A stretch of 64,000 bases of DNA, from assembly GCF_009914755.1 (NCBI RefSeq), contig NC_060929.1; one strand, written 5' to 3'. The stretch comes from the human T2T-CHM13v2.0 reference genome, Homo sapiens. Every line of letters begins with the position of its first letter. Position 1 is the first letter of the stretch. Below the pieces are notes generated by a model. It saw only the letters and a program-made list of their open reading frames with translations, was not told where the DNA came from and did not search any database. This document shows, in pieces, positions 11,529 to 26,310 of the stretch. The translations under genes were made by a program, and so were the position numbers.

Positions 11529-13809
11529 TGCCTCCTTAGTACAGACATTTCAATTCTGAGATTTATTTAATAGAATAGAATGAGTTTTAAAAGCTCATGA
11601 AAATATATGATAGAAAGTTTTAATATTTCTTCTTTGAAAAAAAAATTAAGACCCCAAATCAGCAATTATGTGTTCTTGAGCTACAAAAAAAAAAAAAAAA
11701 CAAATTTAAGAACAACATAATGTTTCAGCCAATTATTTAATCTAAATATAAGCTCAAATTAGCAGTTTAGCAAGCTCTTGATTATTTCCAGTTTTATATT
11801 CTGTATGTCCACATTTAGTAGTTTAATCAGTAGCCTCCCTTAAGGATATTACCATAAGAGATTATTTAGGCCCTTAATTGCACTTTAATGCCCCTCACTG
11901 AGTTGGCACCATTGAAGAAGGTTTAGAAGATTAATCATATCATATTTTTTCTTCTTAAAATAGTTTACTACAAAAACTGTATGCTAGCCATTTTCTTTCC
12001 TGTTTCAATTTCATTAGATTAGTATATCCCTCAGAGGCTATTAAAAACAAATAGGATCATTTTCTTTCAGTTAGGTAGTGTCTGTAATATCAGAATATCA
12101 GCAATCAGAACACCCAGCAATCAGATAATTGCAGACAATATTTTCCCTTCGTTAATTGGGAGAATGAACTATTGTGTAGCAAATAGAAATATAGTGTTAA
12201 ACATTTTATCTCTGATATAGATTTGGTATCACCTTCAGTGAAAGGTTTATGGAAGCATCATAAGATAAATTAGCTTCTATTAAGCATTGTACACCCCTCA
12301 ACCAAATGAAATAGTTTAAAAGTTTTGTCAAAGACTACATTGTACAGTGATTAACAATTATTAATGTGCTATTTATGGTAAAGTGTAATGGTCAAAATAT
12401 TTAACCTAAGGTACAGTAAAATTTGGTGGTTTTGTTTTTGCTTTAAATTGGGTATTGACTTACCTATGGTACATAAAATATTTGTGTAATCAGACGTTAT
12501 TGGATTTTTTACTTCTTTATTGCCTAAGTTTATTGTTCAATCAAAAAAACATATATTTTAGTGCCCTTGCTGACAGGAAGTAATTCCAAATCCTTCATGC
12601 TGAAATTCCTTTCATATTTTCTCCTACTTCCCTTACTGAAAGACAGAGGTGCTAGTCAGCAGTTTTTATATTTTCTCAATTTATTTTCTCTTTTCACTTT
12701 ATCTAAGGTGAATCCCTATTATGCACTTTCACAAACTTTTGACTGTTCTGAATATACGAGAGAATTAGTCAGATAAACATTGCAAAGTTTTGTATGAGAT
12801 AGATATTTTGAAATCTGCTGATTACTTTTAGTAATTTGATGTGAGAAGGCAATTAAAAATAGACTAAAAGAGATATGAAGAGTCTTTGTCTCACTGAGTA
12901 ATATTTTAAACAATATCAAATACAAAGAAGATTAATTTAACTTCACAATATTTCAGTAAAGGAAGACTAAAGTTTCAAAATTATAAGTTTGCTTGCTTAA
13001 CCATGTTTAAGTATGCTCTATAAAATTTAACTTTATGTTAAAATCTAATTGAGAAAGTAACATATTCTTTAAGAAATAAAATATTAGTTAGCCTCCTTCT
13101 CATCATTTATGTACGAAGAGACTTTTAAAGGTTTATTATGTTATCTGATAAATTGTGATTTATAGTCATCAAACAGGCAGCAGTCATTTATTGAGTACTG
13201 GAGAAGTGAAGGCATATATTGTCCCCATGGATATGGTCAATTAAGTGTTATAAAAACAACTGCAATAGCAAACTCTCAGTGATGTACCACCAAACAAAAT
13301 CTTTATTTTTTCATATAATAATACAATATGTATCATCTGAGAGACTTATTTTTTATCATCCACCCAATTATTCAGTGACTCAAGCTTCATTGTTCTTTTT
13401 CTCTTATTTCTCCCATAAGCTTCCCTGTATCCCCTCAATTGGATTGGTAGGCCAAGGGAAGAGAGAAAACGTGGAGGATCTTGCAAGACGTTATTGTTAA
13501 ATAGCCTAGAAATGGTTTAATCACTACCCTTTCCACTTATTTAGACAACATACATTCTCATGGCACACTTACCAGCGAGGAAGGCAGGGAAGTATAACTG
13601 GGAGAAGAAAAGCAAGAAAGATGGTTTTGGAGAATATATAGTGAAGCAAACGATTTGACAATCCCTGGTGTCACTGTAGATCTATTGACATTTCCGGAAG
13701 AAATAAACGAGAAAATGGAAAAGAAATGGTAGGAAGACAAACTGACAGAAAAACATAGAATACTCTTATGGTCTGCATGCACTGTATACTTACGATATCC
13801 CAGAATTCC

Positions 13810-14020
13810 TTCTAAGTATTTTTACTTATTAACTTCTGTAACACTCAAAATACCCTGTTAGTTAAGCACTATTTTCAACTCCATTTTACTAATGAGAAAA
13901 TATATAAAGACTAGTGTTTTTTAAAGAGTTAAAATAATCTGTTCCTGATCACATAAAATTGTTGTTTGTAGAAATTAAATATTAAACCAGATTTCTCTTG
14001 ATCACGTTTCCAGGCTCTAC
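13810..14020 (-). mobile_element. MIR, degenerate
   Basis: ccattttactaatgagaaaa...gagttaaaataatctgttcctgatcaca core. Confidence 0.55.
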
Positions 14021-15159
14021 AATATATTTTTCCAGTGAAAAATCAAACAACCAGCATACTATACTGACAGAAATAATTGCAAAACAATTCTTTTTAGAAG
14101 CTAATTTAATATTCATATTAAGTTTTTTATGTAATAGAAAGCTTGTGAAAAACACTGGAATCAAATTATACTGATGTATTTAACACAGATATCCTTTAAT
14201 GCAAGTAAAATTGGTTTAAATGCATTGAGATTAAATTGTTAAATCACATCAGAAAAAAATTTATATTTTCAATCCTATGTCATTATAAGTAGTAATATAT
14301 ACAAGGGTAAATCTGAACAGAAACTGTACAATTCCTCATTTGTATTTTTAACCATATTTATTCAGTTAGCATATCTTCTGTTAAACACTAAAATAGTTTA
14401 ATACTATGGCAGATAGCAAGCTCACAGGAACTTTTTAAAAAGAAATTTATGGTCTGTGAGAAAGTAGTCAGATGGCTTTGCTGGGAAAATAACTGCTTGA
14501 CTTGTAAGTCATTCAGTTGCTAACCACGTTTATAATCTTTTGAAATGTCAGCATTTGCTTTAAACTAGTGGGCTCCTTTTGTTCCTAACAAGTATAATTT
14601 TGAGACCCAGTGTCCCTCTTCTAAGGAAGAATGTAAAATTAATGATAACTCCTTTACTAATCCTGTGCTTCTCTTGTGGAAGATTTAGTGAGGAGGTGGA
14701 AGGAATGTAACAATATAGTTATAAATAAGACTACTTGATAACCAAGGCTTGCATGCAGTCTTTTAATTACTAGCCTAGCAGTGCTGGAAGACTTTTAGAA
14801 TTTTAATTATTCTCAAATTATAAACCACATAGATTTCTTAAGATAGAGATTTGACTTTAAAACCCAAATCAAATTTTAACTGTTTCACAAAGTCATTGGC
14901 AAACAGTAAAGAAATGTCTACCTTTTTAAAAACCCTACACCTTTGGCCAATTTTGTCCTTGAGGCTATGAACTATTTCTTTTATGTATGTTTTAATTTAA
15001 TTTCCTAATATTGATCTAAAAGAGAGAAAGAGGATTTTCTTTTTCTCTACTTTGGCATCCCTTCAATGGCTAGAACTGTGGAAGCACATTTTCGGTCATC
15101 TTAAGATACATATGCCAGCAATGTTCTAGTTCTTTACCTTGGTAATAATCTACTGGTGT

Positions 15160-15255
15160 TCATTTTTACACAGCCACCCAGAGGTACGAGCTACAATTCT
15201 CCCCATTGTCCCAGTGAAGCCACAGAGGCCCAGAGAGGCTAAGGAACTTGCCCAA
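15160..15255 (-). mobile_element. MIR core fragment
   Basis: ccccattgtcccagtgaagccacagaggcccagagaggctaaggaacttgcccaa. Confidence 0.65.
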
Positions 15256-18200
15256 ATGGTCTCTCCAAATGAGGAAAGGACCCCCCATATGAGGAAAGAA
15301 CCCCCAGCACAGCACAGCTGCTTTGCCACAGCATGGCCAGACTGCTTCTTTAAGTGGGACCCTGATCCATTCCTCCTTATTGGGTTGGTCCTTCCAGTTG
15401 TGGCCTCCAACCACCCTTGCCCTTATTCTATGGACAGAATTCTGATTTCTCCCTGGGACAGAGTACCCAGGGGGAGGGGCAGGCAGCCACCTTTGTTGTT
15501 TGGACAACTTAACTGTTCTAGCCTGTGGGCTTTGAAGAGTCCAAATGGTCTGGTTGAGAAGGAGACTCCCCCACCACAGTACAGCTGCTTTACCAAAACG
15601 TGGCCAGAATGCATCTTTATGCAGGACCCCAATCCATTCATTCCCACTGGGAAGGTCCTCCCACCCAGGCCTCTGGCCACTCCACCTGTAATCTATGGAC
15701 AGAGTTCCTATTTCTTCCTGGGATGAAGGGACTGTGGGGTGGGCCACCATCTTTGCTGTTTGGGTGACTCAACCATTCCAGCCTGTGGGCTTTGGAGAAT
15801 CCAAGCCGACTGGGCAGAGGCAGTTACCCACTATGACATGGCTGTTCTATTCTGTTCTATTGAGGCATGACCAAACTTCTACTTTAAGCGGGACCCTGAC
15901 CCATTCCTTCTTACGTGGGAGAGGGGTTCTCCCAGCCAGAGCTTCTGGCCACCCCCATTCATATTTTATGGACAGAGTTCTGACTTGTCTATTGGAAAGA
16001 GTGTCATCAACTTTGTTGTTTGGGCATCTCAGCTGGTCCAGCCTGTAGGCCTTGGAGAGCCCAAACCAATCAGGGATTGAAAGGATCCCCAACATAGCAC
16101 AACTGCTCTACCAAAATGCAGCACTACTCCTTCTTTAAGCAGGTCCCAGATCCCGTTCCTTCTGATTGGGTGAGACCTCCCGACCTGGGTCTCCAACCAC
16201 CTCCTACAGTTGCATTTGAATTGGCAACAAGTCAGTATCCACCTGGGATGGAGCTCCCAGAGGAAAGGGCAGGCTGACATATTTGCTGTTTTGCAGCCTT
16301 AACTGGAGTGGACCACCAGCAAACTGCAACAGCCCTATGAAGAAGTGGCCAGGCTGTTAAAAACAAACAAACAAACAAACAAACAAACAAACAAAGAACA
16401 CTAAAACCCAGGTTGTGTGACCACGAAAAGGTCAGCAACCTCAAAGATTGAAGATAAATAAGCAAATACACATGAAAAAAAATCAGCACAAAAACATTGA
16501 AAACTAAAAAGCCAGAGTGCCCTCTTTTCTCCAAATGACCACAACACCACTCCAGCAAGGGTTCATAACCTGGGTGAGGCTGAGATGGTTGCAATGACAG
16601 AAGTAGGCTTCAGAATATGGATAAAAATGAATTTTGCTGAGCTAAAGGAACATGCTGTAACTTAATAAAAAGAAGCTAAGAATTACGAATTATGAAACAA
16701 TGAAGAAGCTGACAGTCAAAATAGCCAGTTCTGAGAGAAACCAACCTGACTGATAGAGCTGAAAAATAAACTGGTAAGACCTTTACATTGCAATTACAAG
16801 TGTTAATAGCAAAATAGACCAAGCAGAAGAATCTCAGAGCTGAAACACTTTCTGAAATAACATAGTTCCCAATAAGTTCCTTATCTCTATCTGAGACCAC
16901 TTCAGCATGGACTTCATCATCCATATCACTGTCTTCATTCTGGTCAAAACCATTCAATACATCTCTAGGAAATTCAGAACTTTCCCACATCTTATCTTCT
17001 TCTAAGCCCTGCCAACTGTTCCAACCTTTGCCCCTTTCCCAGTCCCAAAGTCACTTACACATTTTCAGGCATCTTTATAGCAGTACCCTACTTCTCTGGG
17101 GACCAACTTTTTTTTAGTCTATTTTCATACTGCTATCAAGAACTACGTGAGGATGGACAATTTATAAAGAAAAGAGGTTTAATTGACTGTTCTGCATGGC
17201 TGGGAAGGCCTCAGGAAACTTACAATCATGGCAGAAGGTAAAGGGAAAGTAGTTAGACTTACATGGTGACAGAAAAGAGAGAGAGTGAGAGGGGAAAATG
17301 CCAAACAATTTCAAACCATCAGATCTCATGAGAACTCACTCACTATCACAAGAACAGCATGGAGGAAACCACCCCCGCGATCCAATCACCTCCCATCAGG
17401 TCCTTTGTTCAACACATGGGGATTACAATTCAAGATGAGATTTGGATGAGGACACAGAACCAAACCATATTATAAGCAATGGAGAAATAAGATTCTTTTT
17501 AGATGAGCAAATGCAGGGGGAATTCATTACCACCATACCCGCATTACAAGAGCCCTTGAAGGAAGCACTAAATATGGAAAGAAAAAACTTTTACCAGCCA
17601 CTACAAAAACACACCAAAGTACACAGATCAGTGACACTATGAAGCAACCACATCAACCGGTCTGTAAAATAAACAGCTAGCATCATGACAGGATCAAATT
17701 CACATATAACAACACTAACCTGAAATGTGAATGGGCTAAATACCCCAATTAAAACACACAGAGTGGCAAGCTAGATAAAAAACAAGACCCAGAGGTGTGC
17801 TATGCTCAAGAGTTCCAGCTCACATGCAAAGACACACCACAGGCTCAAAATAAAGCGATGGAGGAACATTTATCAAGCAAATGAAAAACAGAAAAAAGCA
17901 GGAGTTGCAATCCTAGTTTCTGACAAAACAGACTTTAAACCCCCAAAATCAAAAAAGACAATAAAAGGGCATTACATAATGATAAAGCTTTCCAGAATCT
18001 ATGCAGAACTTAAACAAATTTAAAAGAAAAAAAGAAACTTTAAAAAGTGGGCAAAGGACATGAACAGACACTTCTCAAAAGAAGGTATACATGCAGCCAA
18101 CAAATATGAAAGAAAGCTCGATATCACTAATCACAGAGAAGTGCAAATCAAAACCACGATGAGATACCATTTCACGCTAGTTAGAATGGCTATTAATAAA

Positions 18201-18895
18201 AAGTCAAAAAACAGCAGATGTTGGTGAGGTTGTGGAGAAAAAGGAATGCTTTTACACTGTTGGTGGGAATGTAAATTTGTTCAACCATTGTGGAAGACAG
18301 TGTGGTAATTCCTCAAAGACCTACAGGCAGAAATACCACTTCACCCAGCAATCCCATAACTGGGTATATACCGAAAGGAATATAAATCCTTCTATTATAT
18401 GGACACATGTATGTTCATTGCAGCCCTATTTACAATAACAAAGATGTGGATTCAACCTAAATGCCCATCATTGATAGTCTGGATAAAGAAAATATGGCAC
18501 AAATACACCAGGGAATACTATACAGCCATAAAAATGAACAAGATCATATTCTTTGCAGGGACATAGATGGAGCTGGAGGCTAGCATCTTTTGCAAACTAA
18601 TGCAGGAACAGAAAACCAAATACTACATATTCTCACTTATAAGTGGGAGCTTGTGTTACAAGTGGGAATGTGTGTTGTTCTCCCCCAACCATCCATGTGT
18701 CCTTACCACGTGTGCAGGGTATGCAGATTTATTACATAGGTAAATGTGTGCCATAGTGGTTTGCTGCACAGATCATCCCATCACCCAGGGATTAAGCAAA
18801 GCATTCACTAGATGTTCTTCCTGACCCTCTCCCCTCCTCCTAAACCCTGCCCTCCAACAGGCCCAAGTGTGTGTTGTTCTCCCCCAAGCATCCAT
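15256..18895 (+). mobile_element. Rearranged L1PA10-13-type element (5' UTR monomers, partial ORF1, ORF2 with large deletion, inverted 3' end)
   Basis: About 260-bp 5' UTR repeats; ORF1 pieces; ORF2 start atgacaggatcaaattcacat at ~17685; jump to ORF2 C-terminus at ~17987; reversed 3' UTR at 18668-18895. Confidence 0.88.
16863..17472 (-). mobile_element. THE1D/MSTA-type LTR (17110-17472) plus 5' internal fragment, inside L1 ORF1
   Basis: tgctatcaagaactac...caaaccatatta LTR; agttcccaataagttcctta...cagtacccta internal. Confidence 0.9.
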
Positions 18896-18904
18896 GAGAT
18901 AGAA

Positions 18905-19410
<506 letters not shown>

Positions 19411-20580
19411 TCACTCACCTAGTATTTTATCAAGTGACATATGAAATAAAGAAATATAAGTATATAATTTATTAATATCAGAAATCTTGGCCCTAAATTT
19501 CTATTTTAAATGTAGGATTTAGAACCTTTAATAATTGTAAATGTCAAATAATGTTAGTTATACTTTATTAAAATAAGAATTGGCATACTTATCTTTATTA
19601 TTTTTCATATGTATTTTTCTTGCTTCATCTTCTTTTGTTTAACTCCACATGTGTATGTGGTTAATACAACAAAAGGTTATGCTTTGTCAAGAGCGAACTA
19701 GTCAGTCAAATAAATTAGAATCAGATTGTAAAAATAGAAAATCTGCTAAAACCACCACTTCCAGAAAGGCCACATTTAAGATCATAAAAATCAACAATGT
19801 GATAAAACACATAACAATTTTAATTAAATATAGCATATAGTTGAGGTCATTACATAATCAGAATTAATTTGCCATTTTATAGCCATAAATATTTCTCCTC
19901 ATTAAATCTTTGTAAATAGATTAAACATAAAACATTAATCAAAGGAAAAAATTAGAAGACGTTATAAAAAGTGTTTTTGTTATTTGAAGTAGCAATTTTT
20001 ATTAGTCAATATTGGAAAGTTTAAATTACCATTCAGACTTACCACTTGTTTCTTAGGATGCAAACACTCCACTAACTTATCTTTTCATCTTTTAACAAGC
20101 CTGTGATTACTCCTCTATCTCTCTTATCAAAACGAGGCCGTTTCAGATATTTTACACATTCTCTGCAATATTTACTAAAATCTCTCATTTTATTCTATTT
20201 GAATTAGAAATTATTTAGCTCAAAAACATGTCTGTCACTCATAACTATATAGTGGGCCACATTTTTTTTTTGTTTTTATTTTCTTGCCCCTGGGTGGTCA
20301 ATTCATATCCACACTGTCCTTTGCTTCACCCAGGGCATCCACTCTGCCCTACAATATTTAATTTGCTGCTTCTTAATGCCCCCACTCTTAAACAAAATGG
20401 TAATGTGGCGTTAAGTAGAAAAATGTGCCTTTCCTCAAAGCAGTTGAGTGAGTTTTGCAAGGAAATGTTTCTAATACCTATACTTACCTATGATGACTCA
20501 ATGGAAATGGCATACTCCGAAGCTGCAAAAAGCTGCAAATGCACACACATACCTACATGCACTAGCCCCATGGATTTCCT

Positions 20581-20987
20581 TGCTATGGTTTGGATATGGT
20601 TTGTTTGGTCCTACCAAGTTTCATATTGGTATTTGTTCCCCAGTGCTGGAGGTGAGGCCTGGTGGGAGTTGCTTGAGTCACAGGGGGAAGATATGTCATG
20701 AATCGTTGGTGCCATTCCCAAGAGTGAGTGAGCTCTCACTCTTAAGTTCCAAAGAGAACTTATGATTGAAAAGAGCCTCACACTGCCCCTTCTCCTGTCA
20801 TATGACCTGCACAAACTGGCTTCCCTTCTTCTGCCATGAGTGAAAGCAGCCTGAAGTCCACCTCAGAAGCAGATGCTGAGGCCATGCTTTGTGTTCAGCC
20901 TCTGGAAACATGAGACAAATAAACGTCTTTTCTTTATAAATTACCCATCCTCGGGTATTTATTTATAGCAACCCAAATGAACTGAGC
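20581..20987 (+). mobile_element. MSTB solo LTR
   Basis: tgctatggtttggatatggtttg...agaagcagatgct...tctttataaattaccca. Confidence 0.88.
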
Positions 20988-21583
20988 TCTGAATTCCCTG
21001 TTTAGCTGTTGCATCACTCCCACAGTCAATTTTGTCATGTCTACCCCCGTCTCTTCCTTTATTCTCGTTAGATATTGTGGAGCTTAGCTTTCAAAGATGT
21101 CAGGTTTTACAATTGTATTTTCTTTAAAAGCTCTATCCAGTATCAGAAGAAGAGCTAGTTATCCATTGCCTGTCTAAAGTCTTTACTGTAAGAAATGATT
21201 TATGTTTTCTGTCTCTCATAAGACATCCCACAGTCTCTCTCTTTTTAGTATCTTCAACAATCAGTCAATCAGTCTCAAATATTCTGATGGCTCTTTTTTT
21301 TTTTTTTTAGCTTCAAGCATATTCAAGTCATTCCTTTGCTATAACAAATCTTTTAAAGTAAAAATATATATATATATATAAATAATCATACAATTCTGAC
21401 TTCTCCCACAATAAAAATGCTATTTTTTTTATTTTTCGTATTTCTAAGCTCTGTGTTCTGTCTCTACAACCACAATTTACTCACCATGTATAACCACCAC
21501 TCAGTTTCTAATTTAGCATGAAAAAAAAAGGAAACCTGAATGAATAGCCAAATTAGGAGGCTATAACCTCTGAATTGTTGGAG

Positions 21584-22088
21584 TGTATTAGGGTTCTCTA
21601 GAGGGACAGAAATAATATGATAGATGTATATATAAAGAGCAGTTTATTAAAGTGTAGTGACTCACAGGATCACAACGTGAAGTCCCACAATAGACCACGT
21701 GCAAGCTAAGGAACAAGAAAGCCAATCTGAGTCCCAAACCTCAAAAGTAGGGAAGCCAACAGATCAGACTTCAGTCTGTGGTCAAAGGTCCCAAAGCTGA
21801 AGAATTTGGAGTCCGATGTTTGAAGGCAGGAAGCATCCAGCACAGCAGAACGATGTAGGCTGGAAGACTCAGCCAGTCTAGGCAGTCCACATTCTTCTGC
21901 CTGCTTTTGTTCTGGCCACGCTGTCAGCTGATTAAATTGTGCCCACCTGGATTGAGGGCGGGTCTGCCTTTCCCGGTCCATTGACTTAAATGTTAATCTC
22001 TTTTCGCTACACCCTCACAGACACACCCAGAAACAATACTTTGCCTGCTTTAATCCAATCAAGTTGACAGTCAATATTAACCATCACA
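21584..22088 (-). mobile_element. MLT2A2 solo LTR (HERV-L)
   Basis: tgtattagggttctctagagggacag...aatattaaccatcaca; TSD tggag/tggtg. Confidence 0.92.
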
Positions 22089-22544
22089 TGGTGTATTACT
22101 TGGAGAAATACTGCAGTTTGTATTCTAAGGAGTGCTTATCTTGCTGACCTTAAAGATTATACCAGAAAATTGGTTTAAGTATATGTTTAATACACAGATT
22201 ATTTATAGAAAAATAATTGAATGAGTAAGTAGTTTTTATTTAATTAATTATGGTATTCCTTACTTCTTATTTCCTGTAGTTATTTTTTTCCTCATGGATA
22301 ATATATGATCATGGTTTTTTCTGGATCTCTATTGTGCTTTTTCTCTTCCCTTATGGCAATGCTAATTTTCTAACCATATTTAAATATCTTGACATTTTCT
22401 CTTATATTTTTCCATATTGCTGGCATATGAACTATGTTTGGATTATATTTTTGTTGCCCATGGAACACTGAATATAGTAGGCACTCAATATTTGTATACC
22501 TTTTTTTTTAATAAATTAATGATGGCAAAGTGTTACACTAATTC

Positions 22545-22854
<310 letters not shown>

Positions 22855-23055
22855 TATTTCTTTAAATAGATGAAAGAGACAGCTTTTCATATGCACAGGC
22901 TTAGAGTACGTACAAGTCATGAAAGCTTACTGTTTTCCATATAAATATTTGATTATTTAACTGTCAGAGAAATCACTGAAATGTTATAATATTTTGTTTA
23001 AGACCTTTTGTTAAGTAATTGAAACAGTAGGTTTATGAGACAAAGTTTTATATGG

Positions 23056-23407
23056 TGTATTAGTCTGTTTTCACACTGCTAATAAAGACATACTCAAGAC
23101 TGGGCAATTCACAAAAGAAAGAGGATTGATGGATTCCCAGTTCCACATGGCTCACAATCATGGCGGAAGGTGAAAGGCACATTTCACATGGTGGCAGAAA
23201 GAGCAGAATGAGAGCCAAGCAAATGGGGTTTCCCCCTTATAAAACCATCAGATCTCATAAGACTTATTCATTACCACAAGAACTGTATGGGGGAAACTGC
23301 CCCCGTAGTTCAGTTGTCTCCCACTGGGTCCCTCCCACAACATGAGGAAATTATGGAAGCTACAATTCAAGATGAGATTTGGGTGGGGACACAGCCAAAC
23401 CATATCA
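23056..23407 (-). mobile_element. THE1B-type solo LTR
   Basis: tgtattagtctg...cagccaaaccatatca; TSD tatgg/tgtgg. Confidence 0.93.
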
Positions 23408-23979
23408 TGTGGTAAAACGTTTCTTCATATGTTTGCTCAGTATCTGACGTAAATTGCAAACTGATAATAAAATTGAAAAAATGGAAAATGTCTCCATATC
23501 TAAGCCCCAGTTCCTATGACTATATTATACTAAATGGAAATGTAGATCTCTATTTATCAAATGATATGGAAGAAATAACACAGCTTCTCAGTTGTTACTT
23601 TTTTATATTAACTCATTTGTCTTCCTATCCTTAGAAAGCTGTCAAGTTAATGTAAAAAGGACACTATATAACTAAGTATAGAAAATTTTAATAACAGAAA
23701 AATTAGGAGCAAAATTAGCTGCATATTGACATTTGCAGCTGCATATGTATTTAATACATATACATTAATATGCAGACAGCTGCATATTGTATTTAAAATA
23801 CATAGTATATAACATCTGGTTCCAGCAAACATTCTCATTATTGAATTCAAATATGGCAGTTATGTGTGAGGTTCTTCATCCCTAACTCCCTCATCTCTCT
23901 GATGGGAATAAGTGTCAAGACTGTCTGAGAATGTGTATTTTAATAAACTATACATGTGATTAATATACTGACTGAATTT

Positions 23980-26310
23980 TGAAATCGAATTTATTAAAAT
24001 ACAATTTACGTGCAATAAAATGCACACATTTTTGTTCTATAGTTCACCAGTTGATGGACATTAAGGTTATTAGATTTGAAATTATGATGAATAGAGCTTT
24101 TATGAATATCAGTATACAGCATTTTGTTTAGATATTACTTTTATTTCTTTTGTATAAATACCTACCTCAAAATAATTATGTTTTATTGTAACACCACCTG
24201 CAACATATGAAAGTTCCAGTTGTTCAATACCCTTGCCAACACTTGAAGTAGACTAATTTATGGGCTTTTTAGTACATGCATATTCATATTTTTTTGTGCT
24301 TTAAATTTGAATTCAATGAAGACAAATACTGTTGAGCATCTATTTGTGTGCTTTATTATCTATCTACGCAACTCCTTTTGAAAAGATTTTCTTCCTTTTT
24401 TTATTTTATGGAAGAATTGGTATAAAAATAGTATTATTTCTTCCTTAAATGTTTGATAGAATTCACCACTGAAGCTATTTGAGCCTGAAGTTTTCCTTGG
24501 AAGGCTTCTAATTATAAATTCAATTTATTAATGAATTTCAAATTTTTCCTTTTTTTCCTTGGGTGAATCTTGCTCAATTTTGTCTTTCAAGGAATTGTCA
24601 TCTTATCAAAGCATTCAAATTTATTAACATGAAGTTCTTCATAATACTCCAGTAATTTTATTTGAATACCAGTATCATTGGTACTATTTATTTCTTCATT
24701 CTTCATATTAATAATTATTCTTGTTTCTTTTTCTTTTCTTTCCTTTAGTTATTATTTCTTGTATTATTATCAATCTAGCTAGAGCTTAGTCAATTTTATT
24801 GATCTTTTCAAATAACTAACTTTGGTTCCATTTGTTTTCTACCATTTTGTTTTTTCTGTTTTCTTTCACTCATTTCTCCCCCTATATTTCATATGCCCTT
24901 CCTTCACACTTCTGAGATTCTCAGTACACTAATATTAGACTGCTCGAAAGTTCACATATATCACTGACTCTCTATTCATTATTTTTCTGCTTTTCTTCTC
25001 TGCAAATCAAGTAGAATAGTTTCTCTTGGCTTGTCTTCAATTTAACTGATCTTTTATTCTACAGTATCTAATCTACTATTTAAAACATCTGGTAAAATTG
25101 TATTTTTGATATTGAATACCTATTTTACCTGCCAGAGACCAATTTTGTCATTTTTTAATAGTGTTCATTTCTCTTATTACTGTGTTTACATTTTTCTTTT
25201 CAATTTCAAAACGTAGTTGTAATAGCTCTTTTAAAGTTCTTGTCTGCTAATTCATCATCTTGTTTATTTCTGTTTCTATAGATTAATTTATTTTCAACTA
25301 TGTGCCACATTTTTTATTGTTACATTTATTTGTTAAATTTTGTTTTCTTCTTTTTAACAGTACTGATTTTCTTCTGTTGGGCAGGTATTTTACTTTCAGA
25401 TTAAGTAAATTTATATAGGACCATCTCAGGCTTTACTCTAAGGCTCATTTAAGCTGTATTCCTAAGGAGTGGGTGGTCTTTCTAAGATATCTACTAAATT
25501 CCCAGGGTTCAAGAAAGTCAATATGCTTTGATATTTGGATATTGGACTTCCCCTCCATTTGGTAAGCTGAAGTCATTTTTTAACTTTAAGCTACTTTGAA
25601 GTTCTTTCATTCTCTGGTAGTTGTTCTTTACCCAGATTTGTGAAGTCTCAGCCCATGCATGAGAACTTATTACAGGAGGTCTTCAAATAATATCATTTTG
25701 TTCAATGTCATTTTGTTTAAATGATGAGAAAAAATTGATTTCTGGCCATGGAGTTTGCATGTTTTTGTGAAGTTAGCATGTTCTCCCCATGTTTGTGTGG
25801 GTTGTCTCTGACCACACAGGTTTCCTCCCAGATCTTAGCGATGCGCTTGTTAGGTCAATTTGTGTGTCTAAATTGATATTTTTGTGACCAGAAATATTCT
25901 GTAGGAACTTAACTCCTGTTTGGGTCAATTAGCCTATGGTAAAATTGGTTTAATTATGTGTCATTTTGCTTAAAGTTGAAGTTTCCAGGAACCTATTGAG
26001 GACATTAACTCAGGATTTACTATATTCAGTAAAGAAAGCAAGTGGTTCCTTACAGAGATTTCCAAAGCTCTTTTTCTACATAGGCACCTCCTCTCAGCTA
26101 TTATGCTGATTAAATTCTGTCTTAGTTCCCCCATGTACTGATCTCTGTCTCCAAACCAGCATGCTCTATTTGGATTTCCTCTTCTAAAATCAGTAAGTGC
26201 CTCTAGTTGGGTTTCACGGTGCTGTGTGTCCTATTGTCTGATGTCTGCAAACAGTCATTTCTTACATCTTGCCAAGTTTTCTAGTCATTTACTTTGAGAA
26301 GGCTATTCCA
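23980..26310 (-). mobile_element. Old L1M (L1MD/L1ME-like) fragments
   Basis: T-rich; ttgatagaattcaccactgaagct and ttttattgatcttttcaaataa are antisense L1 ORF2 motifs; boundaries approximate. Confidence 0.6.
25673..26022. mobile_element. MER6-family Tigger DNA transposon
   Basis: caggaggtcttcaaataa...gcatgttctccccatg...ggtttcctccca...caggatttacta; TA flanks. Confidence 0.8.

Noticed and set aside
13230-13640. Possible ancient MLT1J/K LTR (a similar hint at 4090-4540)
   Set aside because: Too diverged to call by eye.
15139-16594. 195-aa and 194-aa ORFs on opposite strands
   Set aside because: They lie in the GC-richer L1 5' UTR monomers; no domain or splice structure is evident.
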